A DNA stretch of 64,000 nt from the human T2T-CHM13v2.0 reference genome, Homo sapiens: NCBI RefSeq assembly GCF_009914755.1, contig NC_060931.1; one strand, 5' to 3'. Position 1 is the stretch's first letter. The number at the start of each line of letters is the position of its first letter. Below the pieces are notes generated by a model. The model ran no database searches. It was not told where the DNA came from and saw only the letters and a list, made by a program, of their open reading frames with translations. The translations under genes were made by a program, and so were the position numbers. Shown here piece by piece: positions 27,990-41,088 of the stretch.

Positions 27990-29935
27990 TAAACTAGCTA
28001 TTGTATTTGTTTTCATTGCTGTACATTAGTTGTATAAATATAATGGAATTTTTTATCCATTCTGATATTGTCTAATTATCTTACTTTCAATTTTTGGCTA
28101 TTTGTATCATATTTCTTGGAATATGATTTTATACATCTTTGCACATGAATATATATTTCTGTTGAGTATTTGGAGTGAGATTGAATGCTCCAGTTTAAGT
28201 AGGGGCTGCTGAACAATTTTCCAAGGTGACTGTACCAATGTACTTTCCCACCAGCAATATATGAAAGCTCCATTTGTCTTTTATATTCTAGATATGAGTC
28301 TTTTGTTAAATATTGGTATCACATGTAACTTCTCCCGCTTTGTGGCTTGTGTTTGTCTTCTGATAGTTTCTTTTGATAAGTCAAAATTCTTAATTTTAAT
28401 ACTGTCTAGTTTATCATTTTTCTGTTTTATGATTAGTATTTTTTAATGTGTGTGCAGTTTAAGAAGGTTTTGCTCCTCAAGTTCAGAAGGATAAACTCTT
28501 TGTTATCTTCCAGAAATTTCATTGTTCTACTTTTCATATTTAGAGTTTAAAAAATCAATTGTTATTTATTTTTAGGTATGATATGAGCTAGGAAAGAATC
28601 AAGGTTAATTTCTTTCTCCAGGTGGATATCCAAATGACCCAGTACCATTATCAAATACACTATTCTTTCTTTTGGTGGAGGCTATATTCTGTTCAATGAC
28701 CAATTTGTCTAAGTATGTAATTTTAGCATACTACTTATATTATTGCAGCTAGATAAACTTTCATTTTTGGTATTATGAGGCCTCCAACTTTATCATATTT
28801 GTGTTATTCAGAATTGTGTTGGCTAATCTTTGCCCTCTCAGTTTCCATAAAAAATTTTAAAATTGTCTTAATGATACACAAAAAATTTGCTGGGATTTTT
28901 ATTGTGTCAAGTTGAATCTTGTTTTTATTTTTATTTTTTGAGACAGAGTCTCACTCTGTTGCCTAGGCTGGAATGTAGCAGGATGATCTCTGCTCACTGA
29001 AACCTCCGCTTCTCAGTTTCAAGTGATTCTCCTGCCTCAGCCTCCCAAATAGCTGAGATTACAGGCATCTGCCACCATGTCTAGCTATTTTTTGTAGTTT
29101 TAGTAGAGAGAGGGTTTCATCATGTTAGCTAAGCTGGTCTCAAACTCCTGACCTTAAGTGATTCGCCTGCCTCAGCCTCCCAAAGTGCTGGGATTACAGG
29201 CATGAGCTATCGCGCCTGGCCAAAAATGGAAGTTTTTATAATTCTAAGTCTTCCAATATGAAAATTCATATGATTCCATTACATAAATATATTTCCTTTA
29301 TTTTTGCTTGATAATGTTCTGTGGTTTTGTCTATAGATGTCTTGACATTTTTTGCTAGATTTATTCCTAGAAATCTGGTGTTTTTTGTTACTGTTTTAAA
29401 TGGCATTACTTCTAAACTTTATAGTTTGTTGCTGGCATATAGAAATAGAATTGATTTTTCTAAAGGAAAGCTTTAAATAACAACTTATGATACTTGCAAC
29501 AAAGTTTTTTTAGATGTCTTTTATCAGTTAAAGGAAGTTTCTGTTACTAGCTTTTAAAGTTCTTAAAATTTAGCTTTGTTTTTAATCACAAACAGGTGTT
29601 TATTTTTGTTGAAAGCTTAATTTTCTATAATTTGGGGCTCGAAAGTTGTATATTTTTAGCATAATTCCAACATGATCAGAGAACATACTATGCATTATTT
29701 CAATCTTCTGAAATTTATTGAACTTTTAAAAATTACTCAACATACTGTCAGTTTCGGTACTTGGAATATTTACAATTGAAAAGGATATCAATGTTGTCAT
29801 TGTTATGGGCGGTGTTTGGTAAATACTACTTAGATCAATATGCTAATTCATTTGTTAATTGTGTACTTAATTCTTCCCTACACTTACTGAATTTTTTTGC
29901 CTACTTGTTTGATCAACTGGGATGTGTACTCAAAC
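27990..29935 (-). mobile_element. Old L1M, fragmented and interrupted by an Alu
   Basis: ccaaggtgactgtaccaatgtactttcccaccagcaatatatgaaagctcca; ggatatccaaatgacccagtaccatt; tttgctagatttattcctag; gatcagagaacatact. Confidence 0.8.
28922..29221 (-). mobile_element. AluS (Sx/Sz-like)
   Basis: Full-length antisense Alu. Confidence 0.93.
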
Positions 29936-31509
29936 TCTGCTGAAAATTTTCTGGTAAAATGTAGTTTAGGTGTACAGAAAGTAACTAGGAAGCTTCAACT
30001 AGGTCTTCTAATTGAATTCTAAGCCATAAATTGTCAGGACCTTGCATCAGGTACTTATATATTAAAGTAGTAATTTGTTACCCATTTGGCTAGTGTTTCC
30101 TGTGTACAAGCTCCCTTGGTATGAAACCCTGAAAGGGAAGAGGGTTCAAACCTCCTTCCCACCCCCTACAAGGCCCCAAACCTTATAAAAAACATTTCTC
30201 AGTTGTCTAAAACATGTCACTCTCTACGGTATATTTCTTAATCAAATTCACATTAAAATAATCTTTAAAAAACTGACATTTTACAAAGTATTCATAATTG
30301 GTTTTGAAAGGGTAGATTATCAATACTTTGTATATGAAAATTTTAATTAAAATAAAAGCTACATTTTTGTAGACACATAGTTCTTCCATATTTTCAACAT
30401 TGTTAACAAAAAGAGCCTTTGAAAATCCTGTATACTAACACAAGTTAACGTAAAGATCAACAGGTTAATAGAATGTCAGTCCAAGCTCATACATTTGCCA
30501 AAATATTTGTATTGTTCTCTGAGGTTTAATGGAGATCAAGATGTTCTGTTAGCATCAAACGGTATCACTTCAAAGTAGTGGCAGTTCTAATTATTTGAGT
30601 TTGTGTATCACTTCTATCTCAAAGAGTTAAAAGCTTTCAGCAGCTCTGTTGAATTTGGTGCCCATAATGGTACTTGCAAATAAATCTATATGAAGCAGCA
30701 TGTTGACGACTTTCAATATTCCAGATGGCAATTCCTCGGAATGTCTTTGGGGATTTTTCCACACAGGAAGTTTCCAGAAGAAAGCACACCAAGAGATGGT
30801 GGGGCCGACTGGGAGAAGTGTCACAGTCGTTGATGTATGGGTGCACCGGGCAGTGTGTGTGCATCACAACCCAAACCTGTCAGCATTTCTTAAAAGGTGC
30901 TGTCAGCACAATCAGATGCTAGGTGCTGAATATGAGAAAAATGCAAATGGGAAGATTCAAGTTCACAAAATTTGGACACATGGATTAAAAAAATAAAACT
31001 GAATAAAAACATAAAGGAAGGAAAGCTAGCATGATGGTTGCTGAGAAAACACAGAAAGGTGAACCGAATTCAGAAGTTCATATTATGGTTAGATACCTCA
31101 ATTATACAGATATTATCAGATGGCAGAGGAATCTGGCTTTATTTCTATTTCTTTTCTTCAGAAATGACGTTTTGGAGGGCCTTTCTCCCCTTGCTTAATG
31201 TAGGTTATGCTGATTATAGAAAACCTGGAAAATGGAGAAAAGTACAATGAAAATAAATTCAATGAAATTCCCAGAGGTAAGCACAGTTAATAGTTTGTAC
31301 TACATACTGGCACTCTTTTCCACATAAATATATATGAATTTAAGTAGCCAATTCAATCACATTACACACAGAGGTACCAAATATAAGGCAATTTATTTCT
31401 CCTAACTGCTCTGATCCCTGTTTGGAGCCATCCTTGCTGCCTTGCTCCCACCTTGGGTAGCAAGAAAAGAAAAAAAGAATGAAAATGTTCAGTCTCAGAT
31501 TTTCCATTC

Positions 31510-31797
31510 CCTGCCCTGCTCCTTCTCTGATTATCTTATTTAAAGTTATTTATGTACCCACTCCCTCATCCTACTTTATTTTTTCTTTTCTCATAGTTCT
31601 TATCAGTATCTAACAACCTCTACATTTTGTTTATTATTTTTTTCAACTTTTTTCTTACTCAACTAGAATGCAATTCAGATAGGAAAAGATATTTTTTAAA
31701 ATTCTTTTTTTCATTGCTGTGTCCCCTAATACCAAGATCAATGCCCTTTGCAGAGCAGACCTTCAATTCATACTTGTTGAATACATGAATGAATGAA
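31510..31797 (+). mobile_element. L2a 3' end
   Basis: caactagaatgcaattc...ttcattgctgtgtcccc...ttgttgaatacatgaatgaatgaa. Confidence 0.75.
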
Positions 31798-32184
31798 GTG
31801 CTGTGGTGGAGGTTCATCTTACACAAAAGAGGGGCTTTGACCCTCTGTTTTCTGGATCTTATGGTCATTTTCTGTTGAAATGGTGCTACACTTGTCAGCC
31901 TATGACCTTAGCCATTTGTCCTAATCTTGAAACTACAACTTCCGGTGCCCTCCTTTTCCTGCCCCAGCTCTGCCAGTGCTCTTTAAATCTCAGTCTGTCT
32001 ATCTTTGGTCACTGGGGCAGGGAAACTTCTAGGTCCCCTACAAGCTGTCAGCAGGCCCTAGTGGAGATGACAGGAGGGGCCATAGCATTGCCTCAAGCTC
32101 ATTTGATTCTCTTCCTCCCTAAGCCACCTTCAAACTCCCAATTCTATGTCATTTAGGTGATGGCATTAAACAGATAATTGCTAT

Positions 32185-32513
32185 TTTTCTGTACTATTTC
32201 AATATGATTGTCATTGGCTACATGCATCTACTGAGCACTTGAAATGTGGCTAGTCTGAATTGCAGTGTGTTGTAAGTGTAAAATACATGTCAGATGGCAA
32301 AAACTATTTTTAAAATGTAAAACAGCTTAGCAGTCATTTTATGTTGATAATATGTTGAAATAATATTTTGGTTATACTGGATTAAATAAAATGGATAATT
32401 GATGTTAATTTCACCTGCTTCTTTTCACTTTTGCAGATGGCTACTAGAAAACATAAAATTACACTCATAGGTCGAATTTGGGACTTGCATCATTTTTCTA
32501 TTGGCTGGCACTG
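32185..32513. mobile_element. MER33 (hAT-Charlie)
   Basis: ctactgagcacttgaaatgtggctagtctgaattg...aatttcacctgcttc...ggctactagaaaac...ttctattggctggcactg. Confidence 0.8.
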
Positions 32514-32630
32514 TTCTAAGGCTCCCTCTACCCATCTTTGGGAAGGAGGAAACTGCACCCTGGCCCCTGACTTTATAATCTCTCCAGTGATGCCTCAGGA
32601 CTGGTCAGGGTCACCTTTGGGCTTTCACTC

Positions 32631-33062
32631 TGTATTAAGCTGTTCTTGCACTGCTTACCTGAGACTGGGTAATTTATAAAGAAATACCTGAGACTGGGTA
32701 ATTTATGAAGAAAAGAGGTTTAGTTGGCTTACAGTTCTGCAGGTTGTACAGGAAGCATGATGCTGGCATCTGCTTGGCTTTTGGGGAGGCATCAGGAAAC
32801 TTACAGACTTGGTGGAAAGGTGAAGGGGAAGCAGGCATGTCTTACATGGCAGGAGGAGGAGGAGGTGGGGAGGAGGTGCTGCACACTTTTAATCAACCTA
32901 TCTCGTGAGAACCCTATCACGAGAACAGCACTAGATGGATGGTGCTAAACCATTAGAAACTGCCCCCATGATCCAATCATCTTCCACTAGGCCCCAGTTC
33001 CGGCACTTGGGAATAAAATTCAACGTGAGAGTTGTGTGGAGACACAGATCCAAACCGTATCA
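32631..33062 (-). mobile_element. MSTB-like MaLR solo LTR
   Basis: tgtatta...gagactgggtaatttat...ggatggtgctaaaccattagaaac...cagatccaaaccgtatca. Confidence 0.9.
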
Positions 33063-33274
33063 TCCTCCTTCAGTTATCCTCCTCCTGCTCTCAGGGCAGC
33101 ATGCTATGTGGCCAAAGGCTTTTCCTGGCAAAAGAATATCTTCTCTAAATTTATGTAAAATAATACTATGACTTAAGTGTTAAAGCTTGATCCTTAATAT
33201 GCCAAAAGAGTGTAGAATATTCTTTTTCTTCCCACAAATCCTGGCTATACAGTTTTATTGTTTGCTAATAGTCA

Positions 33275-33670
<396 letters not shown>

Positions 33671-33689
33671 TCAAGCAAGTAAGATAATG

Positions 33690-34275
33690 GCTTGTTGGCC
33701 ACTTGTATGTCTTCTTTTGAAAAATTTATTCAGGTTTTTTCTCCCTTTTAAAATCAGGTCATTTGTTTTTTTGCTATTGAATTGTATGAATTCCTTACGT
33801 ACTTCAGATATTAGCCCCCTATTGGATATCTGGTTTGCAAATATTTTATCCCATTTCATAGTTGCTGTATTAGTCCATTTTCATACTGCTATAAAGAACT
33901 GCCTGAGACTGGGTAATTTATAAAGGAAAGATGTTTAATTGACTCAAAGTTTAGCATGGCTGGAGAGGCCTCAGGACACTTACAATCATGGTGGAAGGCA
34001 AAGGCGAAGCAAACACCTTCTTCACAAGGTGGCAGGAAGGAGAAGTTCTGAGTGAAGGGGGAAAAGCCCCTTATGAAACCATCAGATCTCGTGAGAACTC
34101 ACTGACTATCACACGAACAGCATGGATGAAACTGCATCCATGTTATGGAGATACCTGGTATCTCCATAACATGTGGGGATTATGCGGATTATAATTCAAG
34201 ATGATATTTGGGTGAGGACACAAAGTCTATTGTTATCAGTTGCTTTCTGACTCTGTTGCTTGTTTTATTTGCAGC
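33690..34275 (-). mobile_element. L1MA/MB fragment split by the THE1 LTR
   Basis: ttgttggccacttgtatgtcttcttttgaaaa...tggtttgcaaatattttatccc; resumes after the LTR. Confidence 0.75.
33866..34238 (-). mobile_element. THE1 (C/D-like) solo LTR with perfect 5-bp TSD
   Basis: tgtattagtccattttcatactgctataaag...tatca, flanked by gttgc at 33861 and 34239. Confidence 0.95.
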
Positions 34276-34429
34276 TTTCTGAGCAGAGGGACATGGAGAG
34301 AGGAGCATGAAGACGATAGGAACTGAGGACAAGTAGCCTTGAGTCATGTTCTTTCCGAGGCGGGTGTCACTTCACCTATGGTTTTGGCTGTCAATTCACC
34401 TATGAATGCTGACAGATTCCCCTTTCTTT

Positions 34430-34700
34430 ACATCAAGTAAATACACAGAAAGTGATTTGAACAGAAAGTAGAATAGAGGTTTCCTGGGGCAGTGGGAAGT
34501 GAGGAATGGGGAGTTATCATTTAATAAGCATGGAGTTTCAGTTTGAGATCGTGAAAATGTTCTGGAAATGGATTGTGGTGGTGGTTTCACAACATTGTGA
34601 ATGTACTTAATGCCACTGAACTGTACACTTGAAAAGGTAAGTTTTATGTTATATATGTACATTTTACCATGGTAAAAAATTATAAGTTCTAGGAAAATAA
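34430..34700 (+). mobile_element. L1MB 3' end
   Basis: cagaaagtagaatagagg...gagtttcagtttgagat...gaatgtacttaatgccactgaactgtacactt. Confidence 0.85.
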
Positions 34701-36612
34701 AAGTTAAAAATGTTGTTGTGACTTTAGACGGCAAATGCTTATGCGGTCAGAAACTTCGTAGCTGATCATCTGAATGGAATGGAAATCGCAAAGCAAAAAT
34801 GTTACAGGAGGATATGATGCAGCAAATGCTTACAAGTCAATATAGAGGAACTGACAGGGAGCAAGTGCCACCCATTTGCAACCCTGTAAGAGTCCAAGCT
34901 GAAATGACCAGAGGAAACCCTTCTTACCAAAAGTATTTAAGGAAATAATTTACAATTGATTAAATATTGACTGAGAAAAATAAATGCACTTTGGCAAGAG
35001 GTGGTACCTGTAACACTCCAGTGTATGACCCTTATTGTTGAAAGAATACATGGAAACTTTTTGCTAACAGCAGTGCTGGTTGTCTCTGCAACAAAAGTAG
35101 TTTCGTGACACAACTTGCATGAGGTCAGGTATTGGAAACAATGAATCTGTGAGTTTTCTTTGGTGTTTGGCCCAGATCTCACACTCTATGTAGTGTTAGC
35201 ACTTCTAGCTCCTGTCACACGTTAAGGCATAAATGAGTTAAGTGTAATTTGACAACAATTCAGAAGCGAGTGGCTTCTCTACAAACGTCTAATTATTAAA
35301 TTTCTATCCCCAAAGTATAATTATTAATGTATGCACCCAAAATGCCTCAATCAGTGAAAAATATTGATAATGCAATGTGAACATACAAAATAAGGAGAAA
35401 TACTAAGATTACCTGGCAAAATTATTGACTGCAATGATTAAAACATATGGCAGAGAAATAGGATACTTTTTCTCAAAAAGAATTTTCATTCTGACAGCCC
35501 ACACACCAGCCAATAACTCCTAACAGCTTTAGGAGACATGTCTTCGAGGAAAGTGAGAAGTTTTCCCTCTGTGGCTTTATCATGGATTCAATATCACTCT
35601 TAGCCAGAGGCTGCCCTGGCTTCATAACTACCAAACACTTGCAGAGACAACAGTGTCTCTCTAAATGAGCTTTAGAAGGTTGTCAAGGACAGGACTGCTT
35701 GGCAGAAAAATTCCTTGCTACAAGTGCCAACTTGCCCAAGTGCTTCAGGATGCCAGCTACCCAGACACATGGCCCTGAAATAGCTGGATGGAGATGGGAA
35801 AGCCTTATTTTTACCATTTCTGGGTGTTTGTCATTAGCATCTTCCCCTCTTCTTCTTTCTCCTTCCATTCCTTCTCTCCATCATCCTCATATAAGGCAGT
35901 GTCTGCTCCTGCTGTATATCTTCCTACCTCTCTTCCCCCACAAGCACGGCAGTGGTCACACTAAGTGATTGCAACAATGGTGGCCACCTGGCATTTCCCG
36001 CTTCTGTTATTCCTACCTCCATAATAGTCTTCTCACCTAAGTTTCATGTCTCCTAGAATACCCTAGAGAGATAAAGACCAAAGTTGAATATGGAAATGTT
36101 GACCCCACAAAAGCCAATGATAAAATTGTCACTAGTGTCATGTTCAGAGTTGGCCTATGTGCCCATAGTGACACATCGTGTATTTCTGTGATACAGGATA
36201 TTAAAGGCATGGGTGTTAAGCTACTTCACTGCCTCCTCTCTTACAATGGGGTGTAATGCTGAAGGTTCTTTGGAAAAGTCCTTTTCATACTATCTCTTCT
36301 ATGTTTAGTTGAGTAGCTATTTCTACCTTTATCAGCCATCCTCATAATTTTTGCCTGCTCTGTCAGTAAAAAGCAAGAATCCAAAATTATCTTGTTTGCT
36401 CTTCCTGAATGACTTTCAACCCCCTCCTTCTTGGTTACTATCCAAAATGTTAAACTCGTAAAACATAGGTCTTCTGATTCACAGCTGGATGTGTTTAACC
36501 CATCCTAGAAGCCTGTGCTTTGAGCTTTTGAATTATTTAGACCTGCCAGAGAAGTCTGAATCTGTTTCATCTTCACCTTGTCTTTTATAATATATATTTT
36601 TTTATCTTACAG

Positions 36613-36711
36613 CGTTCCCATTAGTCCTCATGGGCATGCTTATGGGCTAATACAGCCCTCAAAATCACCTTCTGGCATTGAAAATTCTGCCTTGGGGCTT
36701 CTAAAGCACTG
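36613..36711 (+). other. Candidate 99-nt exon
   Basis: ttttttatcttacag| and CTG|GTAAGT. One symmetric frame is open. Confidence 0.3.
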
Positions 36712-38029
36712 GTAAGTCTGCAGGGACCCCTCTCCTCCAGGCCAGTTGAGTCGATTCCCTGGATCTTTAGAGGAATAAGAAACACACCCTGACAGTAATT
36801 CCCTCCATTGGGTACACCAGTGCTACATTCTGGCAATTGAATGCTACATGTGGATTTTAGTTTATATTATTTAAAACATACACATCCATGCTATCAGAAT
36901 GTCCTTCCTTTCACTGTCAGTGCAAAGGTGACATGCGGTAAGTTAAAAGGTGACCTGTGTTATAGGGATAAAATACAAATACCATTCAATACAATGCTGT
37001 AGGGATAGGGACATTGTTGTGTAGTGGCAACACGCTGGCGTACATACCCAAAACCTTGCCCCCAGGTGTGTGACCTCATTCCTTGCTGGATGATGAAAAA
37101 CTTAATCTCAATATCAAATTCCTCCTATTCTTAGCATATTTTCTTAAGATATTCCTGAGACAACAGAATTTTTTCTGTGTTTTTTGATACAACTTTTTTT
37201 TTACTACTTTCACTTCGGCTTGCGATGGAAATTTTTGATCATATAGAAACAGAAAAACTGTCCTTAGGAAGAAGGCACTCACTCGTGGCTTTATCAAATC
37301 TTTGAAGAAAGACACTCCCCAAGTGTAAAACACAACCAGAATCCCTTCTGCCGTTGCCACTGCTAGAGTCATACATGAGCCTCTGGATTGACCTGGCTCT
37401 GTAGGCAAAAGCTTACGCCCTCCCTCACACTCACGTCTGTCCTTGCAAGGCTGGGGACTTCTTAGTCAAACAGGGTGACCTGAAGACACAGGAAGACTGG
37501 CTCCAAGACTTATGTGCATGAGCACTTCTGCACAGTCCTCTGCTAGAACTTTCTATAATATGTTGGAGGAAGCCTAAATAAGTAAGCTGGGTGTCGCAGG
37601 TTAAAATGCTTACTGAACATTCAAGAAGTTGCCCTCGTATACTGGTAGGTGGGAATGAAAGTTTACAAAACAGTATGTGTAGCACAATTCCATTTTTATT
37701 TTAAAAATACAGAATAAAAAACAAGAAGTAGATATAGCAAAATGTTGATAACAGCTTCAACTGATCATTACATTTTTATTGTTTTATTTTTTGCTTATTT
37801 GTAATGTTCTAAATTTTATGAGTACCTTTTATTTCTTTGACTGGGTAATATGTTCACATTGGTAAAAAGTGAAAACAATTAAAAAATACATTTAGACATT
37901 AACAAACTTTGCTTCCTCTCTGTCCATCCTATTATCTCTGCTTTCTATTATGACTTAAAAATTGTCAACAGTTTTTCATATATCTTCCCTGTTTCTTTAT
38001 AAAAGTAAATTTAAATATAAAATTATTTA

Positions 38030-38306
38030 TGTATTTATTTTTTATTTTTTTGATTAGCCTTTTCCTCTGTCACCCAGCCTGGAGTGGAGTGGTGTGATCA
38101 TAAGTCACTGAAGCCTCAGAATCCTGGGCTCAAGTGATCCAGTGATCTTCCTGCCTCAGCCTCTAGAGTAGCTGGGAACAGAGGCACAGGCTACCATGGC
38201 TGACTAACTAAAAAAATTTTTTTGTAGAGATGGGGTCTCATGTTGCCCAGGCTGGTCTCAAACTCCTGGCCTCAAGTGATCCTCCCTTCTTGGCCTCCCC
38301 AAGTGA
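38030..38306 (-). mobile_element. AluJ
   Basis: tcctgggctcaagtgatcc...ggtctcaaactcctggcctcaagtgatcc. Confidence 0.9.
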
Positions 38307-38369
38307 TATAAATTCTTATAATTCCCTTTCTTAAACAATAAGTAGCTTATTAATAGAAAACCCCTTGGC

Positions 38370-38665
38370 TTTTACTATTCTTCATAAATGCAAATAACCC
38401 CTGAATGTCAGTGATGGACAAAACACAATTTTCTTTCTCACTCACTTTGCATGTGGGCTGCAGCTCTGCTTTTGGCAGCAATAGGCTTCCTAGACCTTCT
38501 TTTTCTGGGACCCAGGCCAAAGGACTATCTGCTTTCTGGGACATGCTTCTTTCATGGTAGCTGGTGGAAATTAATGGTGTCACAGGAAGCTCAGACACAA
38601 CCGACATTCCCCTACTCCATTGGCCACAGCATGTCACATGCCCAAGCCCAACACTAGGGATGTAT
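38370..38665 (-). mobile_element. MLT1 (I/J/K-like) LTR
   Basis: gggacccaggcc...ccattggccacagcatgtcacatgcccaagccc. Confidence 0.6.
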
Positions 38666-38844
38666 GGTCTTATTGGAAATCAATGCTTTGTGTCATGTGT
38701 TTTTCTTTTAACAATATGTCCGGGAGGTCTATTTATTTGAATATAGAGAGGGCTTCTTCACTTTTTAAATACTTACTTGGGACTTCATTGTGTGGATATG
38801 CTGTAGCTTTTATATCCAGACTCTTATTTAATTATTATTATTTT

Positions 38845-39142
38845 GTTTTATTTTTTTGAGACAGGGTCTTGTTCTGTCACCCAGGTTGGAGTACAGTGGC
38901 ATGATCATGGCTCACTGCAACCTCGACCTCCTGTACCTCAAGTGATCCTCCCAATTTAGCTTCCCGAGTACCTGGGACTATAGGCCTGTGCCACCACACC
39001 CTGCTATTTTTGTTTTCATATTTGTAGAGATGGGGTCTCACTTTGTTGCCCAGACTGGTCTTGAACACCTGAGCTCAAGTGATCCTCCTATGTTGACCTC
39101 CCAAAGTGCTGGGATTACAGGCATGAGCCACTGTGCCTGGCC
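38845..39142 (-). mobile_element. AluJ, full length
   Basis: gagacagggtcttg...atcatggctcactgc...gagccactgtgcctggcc. Confidence 0.93.
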
Positions 39143-39252
39143 TCTAGCCCCTTATTAATGGAAACTTGGGCAGTCTCTAATCTTTTACTATGTAAAACAA
39201 TTTTGAAATGAATAACCTTGTCTACATGTCATTTCATAGTGAGCATATATAT

Positions 39253-39705
39253 AGTAGGATAAAGGCTAAGCTGTTCTATGAAAGAGATCCAGACATACAA
39301 TGGCTTCACGTTTATTTTTCTCATGCAACAGTCTAAATAGGGAAGGGGGCATGTAGTTTGGTGGTGGCTTGTTTCTCATGCTCATCCAGGGACTTTAAAC
39401 TCATTCCTCCCACTTTTCTCAAGGTCTTAGTCTGCATGGTTGAAACTGGATCATGGACACAACCACATTTCAGGTCACAGGAAGGGAAACAGAGATCAAG
39501 AGGAAGAGCAGAAGTGCATATCCGACATGTTGAGGTCCAGACCTGGAATCAGCAAACATCTCATGTTCCAGTTACGTTCCATGCAGAGACTCAGGAGTAT
39601 AGCTTCTATTATCTGCAACAGAGGATGGGAAATGCAGTCTCCAGTGGGGCAACCACATGCCAGTCACAGTTCCATCATCATCGCAGAAAGCAAGAAGGGC
39701 GTGTC
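39253..39705 (-). mobile_element. MLT1 (I/J-like) LTR
   Basis: taggataaaggctaagctg...tacaatggctt...tctgcaacagaggatgggaaatgcagtct. Confidence 0.55.
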
Positions 39706-40204
39706 ACTAAGATGAATTCCTAGAAATAGAATAGCTGGGTCTAAAAATAAATGCACTTGTAATTTTTGGAAGATAGTACTAAATACTACTCCATTAGAGT
39801 TGAACCATTTTGTACTCCCATCAACAATGTATAAGAGTATTTATTTCTCTTATTTTCCCAGGTGTGACCAGAGAGTGTACCTCCAAACTCAGGGATTTTT
39901 GCCAGTTTTGATAAATAAAGAAGGTATCTGTTTAGTTTTTATTTCAATTTATCTTGCTTTGAATGAGATTGAGCATCATTTTATATGTTTAAGGTTCACT
40001 TGCATTTCTTTTTTCTAGGAATTTCCTCTTTTGGTCCTTTGCCCATTTTTCTATTCAATTGTTAGTCATCTGCCTGTGATATGAGTTGCAAATATTTTCC
40101 CCCCAGCATGTCGCTTGTCCTTTGACTTTGCATATTATTGTGTGTGTGTATTTTCTTTTTATCATAACTTGAAAGTTCATTTCCTCCTCTGCTCCGTTGT
40201 CTAA

Positions 40205-40360
40205 AGATAATTTTGATGATCACAACTGGGTACAACTTATTAGTATCTAGTGGATAGAGGCCAGAAATGCCACTAAATATGCTACAATGCACAGGAAAGC
40301 ATCTTACAACAAGGAATTATCCAGCCAAACATGTCAGCAGTGCTGAGGTTGAGAAACCCA
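40205..40360. mobile_element. MER20 fragment
   Basis: tctagtggatagaggccagaaatgccactaaa...aggaattatccagccaaacatgtcagcagtgctgaggttgagaaacc. Confidence 0.85.
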
Positions 40361-40531
40361 GGTGTAAAGGAACCAGCCCATGTTTTTTCTAACAATTTAG
40401 AACATTTCATATTTTACATTGAAATTTTTGACCTAGTTAAAATTTGTCCTGTTCAACAGTATAAAGTATGTATCCAGTGTTATATTTTTTCAGATGAGTA
40501 CCTAGTTGTACTAACATCAATTATTACCCCA

Positions 40532-41088
40532 TGTACTAATTATCTATTGCTGTGTAATAAAATTCCTCCAAATCTTAGCAGCCTAAAACACACACATTTA
40601 TGATGTCACACAGTTTCTGAAGGTCAGAATCTGAGAGTGGCTTTTCTGGGTGGTTCTGGCTCAGCCTTGCTCGTAAAGTTCCAATTATGCTATTGGCCAG
40701 GAACACAGCCATCTGGAGGCTCAGTGATGGGCTACCAAGATCATCCCCATGGTTCTTACCAGGCTTTAGTTTCTTATTGGCTGTTGGCTGGAGGCCTCTG
40801 TTGCTTACTTTGTGGGCCTCTCAGTAGGTGCCTAAGTGTCTTCATGATATAGCATCTGGCTTCTGCCAAAGCAAGTGATCTAAGCCAAAAAGAGAACCCA
40901 CAAAGACAAAAGCTGGGGTGTTTTTAATGGCATAATTTCAGAAGGGACATACTATTGCTTCCGCAACATCTTACTCACTAGAAGTGAGTCACTAAGTCCA
41001 GTCCTCACCCAAGGGCAGGAGAATCAACCTCTAGCTCTTGAAAGGAGAAATACCAAAGAATTTGTGAACATATTTTAAAACTATCTTG
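40532..41088 (-). mobile_element. MLT1 (F/G-like) LTR
   Basis: tgtactaattatctattgctgtgtaa...tagaagtgagtcactaagtccag...gaatttgtgaacatattttaaaac. Confidence 0.8.

Noticed and set aside
30627-30996. Four overlapping ORFs on both strands as a processed-pseudogene CDS
   Set aside because: None resembles a protein I recognise, and no poly-A tail or TSD is found. Kept only as a UTR-like lead.
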